Shown: piece after piece, positions 35,647 through 49,449 of the stretch
Numbering within the stretch: position 1 is the first letter of the stretch
Layout of the letters: each line of letters opens with the position of its first letter
Source of the DNA: Cirrosporium novae-zelandiae
Lineage: Eukaryota
DNA: 64,000 bases
Assembly: GCA_026023565.1 (NCBI GenBank)
Contig: JAPETS010000005.1
Coordinates: forward strand, 496,001-560,000
Direction of reading: 5' to 3'
Position numbers and translations under genes: made by a program
The notes under the pieces: model-generated
What the model was told of the DNA's origin: nothing
What the model saw: only the letters and a program-made list of their open reading frames with translations
The model's database searches: none

Positions 35647-37825
35647 ATGTCGTCTATCCGTCCCACGGTTGAGGAGGAGCCGAAAGATAAGGAGGAAGTG
35701 AATGCTGATGATGATGTTTTAGTGCGTAAACACCTCAAGCACGATTGGTTTATTTTTCTAATAACAGTAATTATTTTCTAGAGAACTCTTGGATACAAGC
35801 CTGTACGTTGAGTCTGCCTTTTGTCCTGTCATCTACTCGATATTCTGGTCCCTTACCAACCTAAATAGGTTCTTCATCGAACATATACACTCCTCGAGAA
35901 TTTCTCAACTACATTTGGTTGGTCATCGTCTCTACTTTGTGGTTAGATTTACTAAATCTTGATTGAGCTGCTCTCTACTTTGTTGGTGGGGTCAGGGTCA
36001 CCTTCAGCACCGGCATCGCCGCTGGAGGGAATTTGGCATACTGGTTGTCATCCCTTTCCTTTCCAATGATTGTGATATTGATAGTTGTAGGACGAGCTAT
36101 ATCATCAGCGCTGTTTTCTCTTTTATCACTTCCGCCGTCATTGCGGAAATATGCTCGGCTGCCCCTTCCGCAGGGTCGATCTATCTCTGGGCTGCGGAGG
36201 CCGGTGGCCCTAAATTCGGACGACTCTTTGGATTTGTGGTTGCTTGGTGGAGCACCACAGCATGGACAACCTTTTGCGCTAGTAGGTTTCGTAGTAATAG
36301 TACCAGTTCTTTGCTCACAAAATTGCAGGCAACACTCAAGCGGCTGTGAACTATATGCTCTCTGTATGTGACCTCGATTATACTAGAGTAAGAGGGCTGA
36401 TATAGTTCCTAAGGAACTTACCGTATTTAACGTCAACTATCCCTTGGATTCCACTAGCATCAAATTTCGCGCCATCCAATGGATTTGTACTGAGATCCTT
36501 CTAGCTCTTGCCATTTTAGCAAACTTTCTCCCTCGTATGCCTTCCGCTAGCCTCAATTTATATTGCTCTAAACTCACTGTCAAATAGCACGAATGTTCAG
36601 ATGGGTGTTTTATATCTCTTCCATGATGGTTCTTCTTGATTTCATCCTCAATCTTATCTGGTTTCCCATAGGCACTGCCAACACCTGGGGCTTCCGAACA
36701 TCCCACGAAGCATTCATGTCAACCTACAATGGGACAGGAGCACCAGCCGGATGGAACTGGTGTTTATCATATCTAGCAACTGCGGGAATTCTGATTGGGT
36801 TTGATGCGTCGGGGCATGTTGCTGAAGAGACCAAGAACGCCTCGGTTACTGCTGCAAGGGGCATCTTCTGGAGTACGGTTGTGAGCGGTATTGGAGGATT
36901 TGCTACAATCATACTATTCCTTTTTTGTGCTGTAAGCGGAGACCATTCACCTCCAATTTTGATTGCGAGATTTCAACTTACAAGCATATTCAGCCAGATG
37001 CGGATACGCTATTCTCGTTTGGCTCCCCGCAGCCATTTGTTCCCCTATACGCTGTTGTGTTAGGGAAAGGAGGCCATGTCTTCATGAATGTTATTTGCAT
37101 TGTTACTCTGTGGTTTGTAAGTGACATTCGAGCTTACGATTGAAACCGAGCAGCAACTTAATAACGAGGAAATGGTAGAACACTGCTATTGCCATCTTAG
37201 CAGCTTCTCGTCTCATCTTCGCGGTCGCGCGCGATGGAGTTCTCCCCTATTCCAGCTGGGTATCTCGCGTCTCGTCTGAAGGCCAGCCACAGAACGCCGT
37301 CATTGTAGTCTGGGGCGTATCAGCCATTATAACTTGCACCATATTGCCATCCGAAGTCGCATTCACATCACTGATCTCAGCGGCAGGAGTTCCATCAGCC
37401 GCAGCTTACGGGCTTATCTGTATAGGAAGAGTTTTTATCACCCGGGACAATTTCCCCAAGGCGAAATGGAGTCTAGGACGGCTGAGCAGGCCGTTCCAGA
37501 TATGCGCCATCTTTTATAACGGGTGGGTCGTTGCAGTTTTGTTCTCGCCATGGGAGTTTCCGGTTACTGGAGAGACTTTAAATTGTAAGTGAAAATAAGT
37601 CGGTAGATAATAGTTCTTGCTTGGTGCTAACGTCGCTTAGATGCGCCAGTAATCATGGGCATTGTAACAATATTCGGCCTCATCTCATGGTGGTTTGTGC
37701 CAGAGGAGAAATGGATGCCTAGGGAGCGTCTCTCTCATTTCACTGCGAGTAGAGACGTCGATGAGAGCGAGGAAAGAAAGGAAGAGGAAAAAGTGACAGA
37801 AATTCAGGAACCGAAAAAGTCTTGA
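35647..37825 (+). CDS. APC-superfamily amino-acid permease (GABA/choline/polyamine-type, many introns)
   Basis: ENLGYKP-VLHRTYTLLENFSTTF, AEICSAAPSAGSIYLWA, GFDASGHVAEET, SRLIFAVARDGVLP; multiple TM exons. Confidence 0.9.
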
Positions 37826-39038
37826 AAACCAATGGCGCATAACGAATTTCGAAGCTGGTTATTTGAAGTGGCTTAAGTGCTGCTTAGTGGATTTATGTTG
37901 CTGTCGTTGTCGTAGGATGCACGCATGCAGGGATTTATTTACACAGTAGTCTTATTCCCGACAATAAGGGGAATGTGTTGATAATGCATGGTATCCGTAC
38001 CTAAAGGTTGAAAATGACGCATATAGTTTGAGAAAATGCCAAGATGCGGTATCCCAGAATGAAAGCAGTTAGACTAAGATAAAACAGAAAATAATTCAAT
38101 GGGATTGGTAGATTCGATTGGAGTTTTATGGTACTTCTTTTTTCCAACTTTTTGGATCGATCGGAGAACGAGTAGTCGAGTAAACCACTCAAACGAAAAA
38201 CGAGCCTATAAATCGGAGCTATGGTCCGAACCTTAAAAGAACCCTGCTACCTGCAGTAGTAAAAAATATCTCCGGTCAGATTCTCCGAGACCTGTACGCT
38301 CCAACGGGCGTTCTATTGTTCATTGTTCATGTTTTTTTTTGAAAATCTCTCATATTTGCAGGCATATAGCTATCTTAAATTTCCTCTAAGCTTAGCTAGC
38401 CAGTCGGACCTTGTCGGGTCGATGGACCGAATGAATCTAACACGCCAACAGAACAGGGGATGGAGGGAGAAAATGCCGCGCTTTCTCTGTGTGTATGTGT
38501 TTTCTCCGTTTCGAGCTGTGAAGAATGGAGGTTGGTTTTTTCTCCCTCTTACCACAGTAAACTAGGTGACGTGTGGGATGGATGGATAGATGGGCTTCTT
38601 GCTTCTAATCAATGGCCCAATGACGGAATCGATCATCATCATTATCATCGTCAAGTTAGAAGTTTGCTTTTTTTGTTATATTTTGTCTGCATAAATACCT
38701 CACCTCTCTCATCTCCCCTGAAACCTAATTTTTTTTATAATCATAGAAGAGAGAAAGATACATCTATCCTTTTCGAGTTGTGATTATTATTTTTTTCATT
38801 CCTATTTTATTGCTTCCTTGTTAGTGATACAAAAAAAGGGGAGTGAGTGGGGGAAAGTCAAAAAAGCACACAGTGAAGAATGAAATGGCCTCTTGGTATT
38901 TATAATAAACAGTTCATATCTAACAGAACTGGCTGCTACTGCTACCACTACTACTCTGCTTCCTGCTGGAGTGAATACTGCTTCTGTGAAATCTCGATTT
39001 GGATTTGAAAGGAAGTGAACAACAACAACTCGTGAAAG

Positions 39039-39761
39039 ATGGCGAATTCCACTACTATCACTACTACTACCACACATGGCACGATGAGGGTCATCGAGAG
39101 CAAAAATGCATTGTGTCCCATCACCCAGAGAGACATTGACGAAGCAATGCCTCGACTGGCGCACGGAGACTTGCCCGGAGATATTTTCAAAGGTCCGTAC
39201 CCTACCTCTGTTGTTATTATTGAGCTGCTGCACATGAGGCTTTTTTGCCTCCACCTTCCCCCCCCCCCCCCGGTTCCCCACCCCTATCAAAAACTTAAAT
39301 TGAGGCATAAAACAACCCAGCAATCAAGTAGGCAAGCAAATCAGATACCACTCAGTCGCCTGTGCTAACACATACCATCAAAAATAGCCCTGGAAACCGA
39401 ATCCTGCCTTTTCTGTTTCGAAGCTCCCAATCCCTCGACTCAGTACCGCTTGCTCCCCTGCCACCATATTTTCCACCTCGAATGTGTCGATCGCTGGTTG
39501 ACGGATCGAGATGCGAGCTGTCCGCTTTGTCGGGCTAGGTTCTATCACCTGGCGAGATGTGCTATTTGTCAGCACCACCTTAATGAAAACGATAATTACG
39601 ATAGGAATGGAGGTTGGAATGAGTCTGCTTCTTCTTCCTCTTCCTCTTCTTCCTCGCGTTCTCGTCACCATCAACAGCTACAACCCCCTGCCGGCCATGG
39701 GAAGAAAAAGATCGTGTATATCCTCAAGCGGTTGGGGGAGTGGGCGGAGAAGTACTCCTAG
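39039..39761 (+). CDS. Small RING-H2 zinc-finger protein (putative E3 ligase), 2 exons
   Basis: Splicing intron 39193-39387 yields CLFC...LLPCHHIFHLECVDRWL...SCPLC. Confidence 0.78.
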
Positions 39762-40636
39762 TCGCTGCGCCCATGAGTTGGTAGAGGCTTAGCATCTACC
39801 ACTGAACGAATTCGCGATTATGATTATTCGAGCCCCATGTTGGAATTTCTCTTTCAGAAGCCCACTCCAGTGAAAAAGCCAAAGCGTATATATATATTCA
39901 CCTGCCTATGGAGGAGACTTCACGGGTCCCTTTCCTGGTGTTAGCTAGGGAAGGAGGAAAATATACTAAGCCCATCATACACCAATCGTGTACGTATGAA
40001 GAAGGGGGCTTGACATGATCAGAGGATGGAGTTTACGTCCGGTTGGTTCGCAATTGTTCTCATTTCCATGGAGGAAAGAAATGTCCTGTGGCACTTGGAG
40101 ATGAACAAGCGTACACACAGACGGATGGGATCGTCAGGTCGGCAGGCAAACGAGGAGCCTTATATATAAAGAAAGCCATGAATAGATAAAGAGGGGGGAA
40201 GACGTGTTGATTTTCCATGAGATGTGTTATAGTACATTGAAGCACAGAATGGGGGAACGAACTTGAACTATAGGATACTTGTTCAATGAATTGATGTATT
40301 ATTATGACAATAACAATAATCTAAAGCAAAAGCTTTTTTGTTTTGTTTTTTGAGATCAAGATTGGCTTGTTAGGAAAAATTGTCTTGGCTAAGCTGTGGA
40401 TTCATGGCAGAGATTTCAATTTTTTTCGTTGGTTTGAAATGTGTTAGAGGCGGGGGTGGTTATGGCTAACCTCTTGTAATTAATACTAAAGCAGCCTACG
40501 GCAGCTCATAAAGACACTAATCAAACAATCAATCAATCAACCTTTCTTATCGACGTTAAGCTCCTCAGTTTACGTACCTACGATATCTCCTCAGTCAATT
40601 CCACTTCCTTAGCTTTCAATATCCAGCTCTTCACGC

Positions 40637-41662
40637 TCACCCAGCCAGTGTTGCTGCCTTCTCCGTAGCTTCAACAGTTGCCTTTGCAACAGTTCCTCTC
40701 ACTGCCGCCTGCTCTAGAACCGCCAATCCCCGAATGGTACAGCCCCCTGGACTGCACATACTTTCTCTTAGAAGTCCTGGATTCTCACCGCTACGCACAA
40801 GGGCTGCCAATCCCATCATGGCTTGGCTTGCAATATCCCGCGCGTCTGCCCGGGAGAGGCCTTTGTCTACAGCTCCGTCAAGAAGGCCGTCGAGGACCAA
40901 AGATACGAATGCTTGCGAAGATCCATTCAAGATGGAGCAGACGTCCATGGTGTTGGGTGGGAGGAACTTGACAGTACCAATTCCGGAGAAGATGTCGGAA
41001 GTTAGGTTAACGAAATCTGCGGGAAGGTTCTGAGGCTCTTCGATCACGGTCATGCCTTGACGAATGCGGGAGGCTATGTTTGGCATCACTCTAATGATGG
41101 GATATTGTATCTCATGTTTACTTGCCGCCAAGGCCGAGTTATAGGTTGCATAATCGCCACTGTTTAGGTATTGCTTTAGCTTGAGGGTAGTCACCCCAGC
41201 CAGCATGCTAATCAACAATTTACCACGCAAGGCTTTTTTCATGTCATGGTTCTGTAAAATACTTTCTGCCATATCGGGCTTACAACCCAGCAGAACTACA
41301 TCAGCTAGCTGGACGCCTGTTAGGCTTCCATTAGTAGACTCATCCAAGACTATAACTTCGCAAGGTTGGCATTTATCATGTGAAAAGGCTTTGCTGAGGG
41401 CTTCAGCTGATGAGGTTGTGCGCACGCAAGCGACAATGTGGGAAATTCGGATAGTAGGTATGCCATGGTTTAGGGCAGCCAAAAGTCCTGATAGCACAGC
41501 AGTACCCATCTCGCCTTATTTGCGTGGTCAGACGTTAGCCTGAGCCGTTGAGACCAAAACGAACAATAACTGCTTAAGATACTCACCACAGCCAAGAATT
41601 GTAAGAGTTATACCAGAGCCCGAAAGCTTTTCGGAAATAATAGAAGCCATGGAGTAATTCAT
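40637..41662 (-). CDS. Pyrroline-5-carboxylate reductase-like protein (2 exons)
   Basis: ILGCG-EMG Rossmann motif across the intron, LGCKP, ISMLAG, RVMPN, GSSQAF, SPGGCTIRGLAVLE. Confidence 0.9.
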
Positions 41663-42106
41663 TGGGTAGGAAGATTTACTATCGTTGTATACTGTTTCTG
41701 TTGTTATGACGACTTCACAGAATCTATAAGAAAAATAGATTATGAGTTAGTTAGATATGGCCTTGATTGATTAATTTTTATCAAGCTCCCGTGGCGTCAG
41801 GGCCTTTAATGTGGGGAACCGGTATTCCACCGGGAATATGCATTACTGCTCCGATTATCGGCATTTATAACAAGTAAACATATGAAATGAGCAACCATTA
41901 TGACAACGGAAATATAAAAAAAAGCCGAAGGTTGGAACTACTATGAAATAAAAAAGGTGAGATGGAATAGTGTAGCAAGTGTAGATAGTAATTAATAATT
42001 AGATGCCTCAAAGCTAGGAGAACTAGGCACGTGTCGGGATAATAGAAATGCCGCAGTCTATCCGGATACGGCTAATGCGCCAATCTTATCTCTCCTTTAG
42101 TGTGAG

Positions 42107-42121
42107 TGAGTCAATGACGTC
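42107..42121. promoter_or_regulatory. Gcn4/CpcA (AP-1) site TGAGTCA with adjacent CRE-like TGACGTC
   Basis: tgagtcaatgacgtc in the divergent P5CR/TF promoter; motif match only. Confidence 0.4.
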
Positions 42122-42638
42122 TGATTTTCTTAACTTTGTTCAAGTTATCTAATGGATAAGATGATAAATAATTATGTTTATGCCATAGGTGAAAGTAACA
42201 TGCACCATTCTACTTTCGATAACGCCTTGAAAATAATCATCGCGGCAATCGGCAAGTGATACTACCTAGTATGGATAAATATCTATTACAGGAATTGTTC
42301 CTTAACGATTTCTCTGCGTCGGCTATCAAACTAGGTGGTACCCCACAATTCTCTCCGCATTTTCTGTCTTCAACCCTGTCCATTCAAACCCCCCAAGAAG
42401 TTGCATTTCAATTCTTTCCTTTCTGTATAATCCCATCTGGATGGCAGCCTTTGGTTGTTACTATTGTTGCTATTAAATCAACATGAGAAGTCGTCAGACT
42501 TTGCTATTAACCTTACCATTTTTAAATCTCTCCTTACGGTGTTTGCTCTAAGAGGTAATAAACTCCGGACATATAGATATTGTCTCCTCAGTCTGGAAAA
42601 GTTCTCCGACTGTTTCTATTACTACATTCTACGTTGAT

Positions 42639-44917
42639 ATGCGACCTGGAACCGGATGGCAAGTTATTATCTTCTGCTGCTGATAGGGTTTCCCAGCTAA
42701 CCAGCATAGTCGAAATTGTCGATTTCGTCACAGCAAATGTAACCTTTCAGCTAATCTATGTTTGTTGGGGTATTAAAGATTATCCAGGTGTCGTTCAATC
42801 TGATTCCTCGGCCTGTGTGAAGTGCATTGAGGCAGGCCAGTCTTGCCATTTTGATCCTCGATTCCGATTCAAAGAAGTTCACCATGTCTACCACAGCCCT
42901 GGTGGAACTCGCCGACGTAAATATCAATTCTCCTATGGAAAACATCAAAATTGGGTTAATATCCCCTCCACAAGTGAGTCCATCGTCCTGTTTCTGCTGT
43001 AATATTCGTTTCAGTGACGTTAACAGTAGTCTTTTCAAGTCACCTTTATCGCAGAGAATGGTAATGAAGAGCCCCCGCTAGAAGAGACTAGTGGTAAGCG
43101 CGACAAGGAGATCTGTGTAGAGTCTGTTCCTCCCTTTCCATCGCCCTCGGAGCCACACTCGCCTAGTTCGATCGAGCGTCACTGTGGCCACCATAATTCC
43201 GACTCTGCCTCGCTCCAGGACGGGGGGCTGGTAGAGTCACCACAGGAGCACTTGAGAAGGCCTCGTTATTCGCGGCACCAAGAGAGAGGAGCTCGAAGAA
43301 CCACTTCCAATTTCTGGGAAAGTTATCTATCCAATCAAACCTTGGAAGCATTACCTACTTCTACTACACCACAGAATCAACAAAACGATGAACAGGAGAT
43401 TGTGCCAAATTCACCAAACTCGAATGAATTATTTCATTCTCCGACATATTCTCAGCTGTCATTTTCGCACTCAAGCGCCTCGTTACCCACACCGGAGCAG
43501 TCATCGTATACTCCAGGCAGCCTCTCAACAGTTCGAGAGATCTATCCGCACCCACTAAATAGCAGAGAAGCATTTTTGCTTCACAATTTTGTCCACAAGT
43601 TGGCACCTTGGGTACTGTCTCCACTTTCCAGGAGTTGGCGATATGAATACCGTTGCTGATAATATTAGTAGGCTGATGCCTGCGATTTAGCCTGTCATTT
43701 TGGGACAGAGGTTCCTCGGCGTGCTCTCCACACTCCAATGATCCTCTATGCAATTATGGCCTGTTCTTCGAGGCATCAAGCCCTCCTATTAGAAACAGAT
43801 CAAATAGAGTCTTCTTTGTATCATAGCCGATGTTTGAACCTCCTTATTCCTGCTCTTTCAGAAGATAGCTATGATGAGAACCTGCTGGCGACTGTGGTAG
43901 TTCTACGGCTCTATGAAGAACTTGACAGTCGAGAGGACACCAAATGCCATCTTCTGGGTACGACCAGATTGCTCAACTCGATTGCGAAATTCTCTTCTTC
44001 AGGTGGGCTAGGGGAGGCAGCCAGCTGGCTTTCACTCCGTCAAGCGATGTATGCATCATTGGTCCAGAAAGAGCCAATGAATATAAATTTGGAGAATTAT
44101 GAACATTCTGCTGCTTTCTATGAAAGCGATGATGCCTCATGCGCTAATGTGATTGTGTTCCTGGTGGCAAAAATCCTTTCGTTAGCACTACGCTCAGTTG
44201 ATGGGATAGATCCTGAAGTTTGGTCTCAATTGGAGAAAGAAATAGAGGCATGGAATGAGACAAGGCCACCGTCCTTTCAACCGATATGTCATCAAGAGGC
44301 AGATATTTCACAGGGTCGTCCGTTTCCAGAAATATGGCTTATGACTTCTGCTCAGGGTAAGTCAATGCTAGACTACGAAATTTTCCGAGTATTACGGGTC
44401 CAAGGTTGATTACTATATGTAGTTGTCGGCTTGCAGCACTATCATGCTGCAAAAATTATTCTTACATTGTATAAACCACCGTTGGGACCTTTGGGATTTG
44501 AGGCTTCAAGATCGAGAAGAAACGCTGAGGTGCGTACTCTGATTTTAAGAGTTGAAATATAGTCTAGCTGACATAAGTAAATCGATTAGAAAATCATCTC
44601 TTCCCATTTAGTGATTATAATAGGTATAGCAATCTCCAACCACTTCATCGAAAACGCAAACTTTACTGCCCACCATCTTCTTTCTCTTTGTGAGTGCCAG
44701 GGCTCTTTCCCCCTCTTCAAGATTGATTTACGAAGAACAAGAAAATATTAACATGGTAAATGTGAATGTAGGTGGTTATTGCCTCACACATCCCGTAGAG
44801 CGAGAACATGCAATAAAATTTTTGACTAGGGTGGAAGAAGTAATGATGTGGAGGACATGCTCGACAATCGAGGCACTCCGAAGGCAATGGCTAGACCTGG
44901 ATGGATTAGATAAATAA
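42639..44917 (+). CDS. Zn(II)2Cys6 transcription factor with fungal-specific TF domain
   Basis: Exons 42639-42658, 42710-42738 and 42788 onward give MRPGTGCRNCRFRHSKCVVQSDSSACVKCIEAGQSC (six Cys); later LAPW-ADACD..HF, DENLLATVVVLRLYEE, AASWLSLRQ. Confidence 0.88.
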
Positions 44918-45417
44918 TGAGGATATTTAATTATTCTGATTTGATACAATTGAACCAAAGTATTTTTTGAAACCTCTTTCATGTCTATAGACTAGACGGT
45001 TGAATTAGAGTTGAAGGAGAATATTTCCTTATCGGTAGAATGGATTAAATAGGTTAAGCGTGGCCTACGGGAAACAGAACTTCTTTCAGAGATCTCCCTC
45101 CGGTACAGTGTAGTGTAATCCCCCGCAATTATATGCACTCCACACTTTGTACATTAACCCATCATCTTTCGACAGCCATCCCCGAACTTTCCTCTTTCAG
45201 CAATTTGGGAGACCCTCGCCATAAGCCATTTCTTAACATAAATGGATGCAATATCATTTTCTTCCTTGTCATACGGCTCGTTCTATATTCATAGCTAGTT
45301 CGTTGCTTTATTTAAGAAACGACAAGGCATTCCTTGAATCCAAATGGCTTCTCTTCTACATCTCCTTTCCATTCTATCTCCTATATATCCAGTTCACATT
45401 CAATCAACTTGCACAAG

Positions 45418-47010
45418 ATGTACGGGAATATTATTGGCACAGCGGTAGCTGTTCTTTTAGTTCTTTACTTTTTTGGAAAACCTGTGTTTGACTACTTTCG
45501 AGATGTGAAAGGACTTCGACGATTCCCAAATATGGATCTCTTCTCTGGCATGACCAACTTATCCTTCATGATCGAATCCCATAAAGGTTTTCGGTCAAAA
45601 AGACTTTACGAGTTGCATTCAAAAGGGATGCCTGTAATCCGGACAGGTCCTAACTCTCTTTCATATGGAGACGTCAGAGCAATCAAGGCAAGTAATACGG
45701 TTTTACATGAAGCCGTGCGTCCATCCTGACCTTTTCAGGATATCTATGGCCACAGTACCAAATGTACCAAAGATGATGCCTACATCATCACTTCAGGCAG
45801 CCACTTTCACCTTGCAGATGTTGTCAATAAAACCGATCACGCACGGAAGAGGAAGGTTCTTTCATCGGCATACGCCCTCAAAAATCTCGAAGAATGGGAG
45901 CACAAAGTTACAGACAAAACGCAAAGACTAGTGAATCAGTTCGATAAGATCTGCAGGCAGTCAAAATCGACTCCAATCGTAGATTACCGATCCTGGACAA
46001 ATTTCTTCTCTCTCGACGCCATAGCTGATATCGGCCTTAGCGAACGACTCGGATTCCTTGACCGCGGCGATGATAAGTGTCTTGCTGAGCACCGCAACGG
46101 TAAAACTTGGGAAGTCAACTTCCGAGAATGCCTTTACGCCAATTCCCGTGCACAGTCAGGCATCATGTGGTCGTACAACTGGTACAAACTCCTAGTTAAA
46201 ATGACCAACGTCCTGTCTCCCTGGTACCGCCGTCTCTGGAAGCTGAACGAAGGCTGGGACGGAATCGTCCTCCGACGTGCCTCGGAAAGGTTCAGAAGAT
46301 ACCAAAAAGGGGAAAACCTCGATGACTTCTTCCGTTCCCTAATGGAAGACAAAAAAGGTAACATCAACAACCTCGAATGGGGTGAAATCGTAGCCGAGGT
46401 CTCCATCATGATGAACGCCGGCAGCACGACAACCGCTATCGCCATGGCCAACGTCTTCTTCCAAATCCACAAACACCCAGAAATCCTCCACAAACTCCGC
46501 TCCGAAATCGACTCCGTCCTCGATCCAGCCGAAACCATCGCCCCGTACGAAAAGGTCCGCTACCTTCCTTACTTACGCGCCTGCCTTGACGAAAGCATGC
46601 GCCTCTACCCTCCCACATCTCATGGCCTCCCCCGCTCCACACCCCCAGAGGGCACATCCATCCTCGGCGAATGGATCCCAGGAAACACAACCGTGTCGAT
46701 GAGCGCGTTCGTGGCCCACAGAGACACCACCGTTTTCCCAGACCCCGAAACCTACAACCCGGATCGGTGGCTCGGGGACGCCGGCAAGGAATTGCAGCCT
46801 TACTTCATAGCGTTCTCCGCAGGGGCCAGAGGCTGCATCGGCCGGAACATTTCCTATCTAGAACAGACGATTGTGTTGGCGACTATGCTGCATCGGTATG
46901 AATGTGAGCTGTTGCATCCCGGGTGGGAACCCGAGAGACGCGAGACTTTGAACTTGCATCTCGGGTCTCTGCCGATGAAAATTAGAAGGAGGGAGGTTTT
47001 ACAAAATTAG
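45418..47010 (+). CDS. Cytochrome P450, CYP53 (benzoate 4-monooxygenase)-clan-like
   Basis: N-terminal TM, IRTGPNSLS, AIK-DIYGH across GC-AG intron 45688-45738, I-helix AGSTTT, ESMR, PDRW, heme motif FSAGARGCIG. Confidence 0.93.
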
Positions 47011-47526
47011 ATGGATAGATGGATTGGTTACTGGTTACAGCAGGCCTATAATAGGAGAGAGAACTTTTTTTTCAAAATCTCGAGAGTTTCATTTTCATTT
47101 TCAAATTTTTTTTCGATGAATCTTCAAGTTCTCACTTCTATATAATCAACTAAATCAATCATCCTCAATTCGATATTATTTCCCTAACTGTAAAAATAGC
47201 CGACAAGAAAAACAAAACAAATAAAAAAGTAATTCCAACCTCTTTTTTAATACGTCGTATGCAAATCTAGCCCTAGACCTACCCCTCTAAGGGGTCTGTG
47301 CTCTATACAACAAACTAGGCAAACGCTACAAACTAAGTAAATCCGTAATAGAAATATTATAAAGAATAATAATTATGGATGAGATTATTCTTCGTGTTAT
47401 ATGTGAATAGTATGAATGTGCAAGTAAAGAAATAGTGAGTTTTAAATTTTTAAATTATGTAAGGACGCGCCCCTCCCCGCTTGGGACTTTCTCAGATTGA
47501 ACTGAACGTCCAAGTAAACTCTTTTT

Positions 47527-49449
47527 TTACGGCATCACTCTCCCTGGATCCCTAGGGAACAATGTCGCGAGCCTCACGTTCCAAGCCCCAACCAATTCAG
47601 CACGACTCTTTCAGCGCCAAATGCACCGCCCGCATGCGGTGGACATCCTATAATCATTCATTTATAAATCAACTTCCATCTCATACACCCAAAAGCCAGC
47701 AAGCAAGCAAGCGAGCAACAAAACATACCATAACCAAACGCCTGAACATAGTCTCTGAACCCCAAGCTATCCGGCTCGAGTCCCAAATGCAGCATACGCT
47801 CTCTTAGCAAGTCGTGGTCGTGGATACGCTGTGCTCCCGAAAGGACTTCCTGGCCGCGCATCATGAAGTCGTAGGAATGGGAGAATTTGGGATTGGTGGC
47901 TGAGGGCATGGTGTAGAAGGCGCGGACGTCGAGGGGGTATTCTTTTAGGATGTAGAAGTCGGTGTTGTATTTTGATTGGATGATGGTGCCGAGGAGCTTT
48001 TCTTGAGTGGAGCTGTGTGGTTGGAGGTAAGTGGGATGTATGGATGTATGGATGTATGAATGTGGGATTGGGTTTAAGGGGGTCGGGGGGGGGGGTTACT
48101 TTATATCTTCGTCTTCGGATATTGAGACGCCAGCTTCGTTGAGTAGTTTCACGCCTTCGGCGAAGGAGAGGATGGGGACGTCCTCTGGTTTTGCTGGGAC
48201 TTTGAATGGAGGGGCTTTATACTCCTTTCGTACTCGCTCGGTCTGTTTCTGATATCTGGTCCGCAGCCCATTGAGGATATATAGCAAAAGATCACGGATT
48301 AAGAACATGACTTCCGTGTAGTCATTTTCAAACTCCATTTCCAAGTCCAAGGACGTATACTCTGTAAGGTGACGAGAGGTGTTGCTGTTCTCGGCTCGAA
48401 ACACTGGTGCGGTTTCGAAGACACGCTCGTACCCCGCAGCAATCAACATCTGCTTGTACGCTTGTGGCGACTGGGCGAGGTATACTTTTTTGCCAAAGTA
48501 GTCGACGGTGAAAACTTCACTGCCGCCCTCGCTGGGTTCGCCAACTAGTTTCGGCGTGTCGATTTTCATGAATGGCGGGTCCTGTTTACGCAGGAATTCC
48601 TCAAACAGCTAGTGCACGCCGTCACGAATCTCGAAGATGGCTCTGCTCAGCGTACTGCGCAGACCTAGAACACGGTTATCGAGACGTTTGGACAGACTAA
48701 TGAGCGGCCGCCCGTTTTCAACTTGTTGCTCTTCAGCGCCTAAGGTTTCGTTCGGTAGCGCTTGCTTCGCGTCATCGATTTGAATAGGGAGTTGAGGGAT
48801 GACCTTGGAAACGATCCAGGGCTTCGTGACCTGCAATTCTCAATTGCTGATGGTGGCACTCTTGATAGGCTCTTTAGGCACTTTGACAATTCCGATTACA
48901 TCGACAATGGACTCTACGGGGACCGTAGCCACGAACTTGACCATTTGCCTGCTGAGTGAATCGCTAACCGCTACGACAGCCTGTATCGACTCGAGCTTAT
49001 TACGAAGATTGAGGAAAGCAAGCTTTGCGGATTGGCTGCGTGAATTGGTAATTCGGCAACGTACAGCAATCTCGACGCCATCTTCCGACTCCCCGACCTG
49101 ATTTAGCCGATGGCGTTTCCGACCAAGGGGCTTATAGTCCTTGGATCCTACGATCGGGAGCTCTCCATAGCTGTCTTTGGAAACGTTGTTGGCTTCGGCT
49201 TCGGCTTCAGCTTTTCGGGCGACCTCCTGTCTTTGCAATGCCTTTTCCGCCTGTAACGCTCGTCATTAGCTTTTAGAATATTGAAAGGGTACCTCTATCA
49301 AGAATTTGATGTTCTTTGAAATATCATGGGCGTACCTTTGCCTTTTCCTTCTCTAGCTTCTTAAGAGCATTCTTTGACAACTTTTCTCCCCCTTCGGAGG
49401 TCCCGGCTCCCTCAGCGGGTCTCTCAGGTAATGATTCCTGGCTGGACAT
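47527..49449 (-). pseudogene. Cytoplasmic-type aspartyl-tRNA synthetase with two in-frame premature stops (probable pseudogene)
   Basis: RLDNRVLGLR, YLAQSPQ, PVFRAENSNTSRHLTEY, GQEVLSGAQRIH, GCPPHAGG...LFPRDP. Exon 2 has TGA at 48840-48842 (ATISN*ELQV) and TAG at 48609-48611 (DGVH*LFEEFL), with no intron signals seen around either stop. Confidence 0.85.

Noticed and set aside
48609..48842. Stop-codon reassignment or hidden introns explaining the AspRS stops
   Set aside because: TAG and TGA terminate other genes in this window, and AspRS homology is collinear across both stops with no donor/branch/acceptor signals seen.
47527..49449. ErdS-type AspRS-DUF2156 fusion
   Set aside because: The gene ends at FPRDPGRVMP* with no appended transferase domain.
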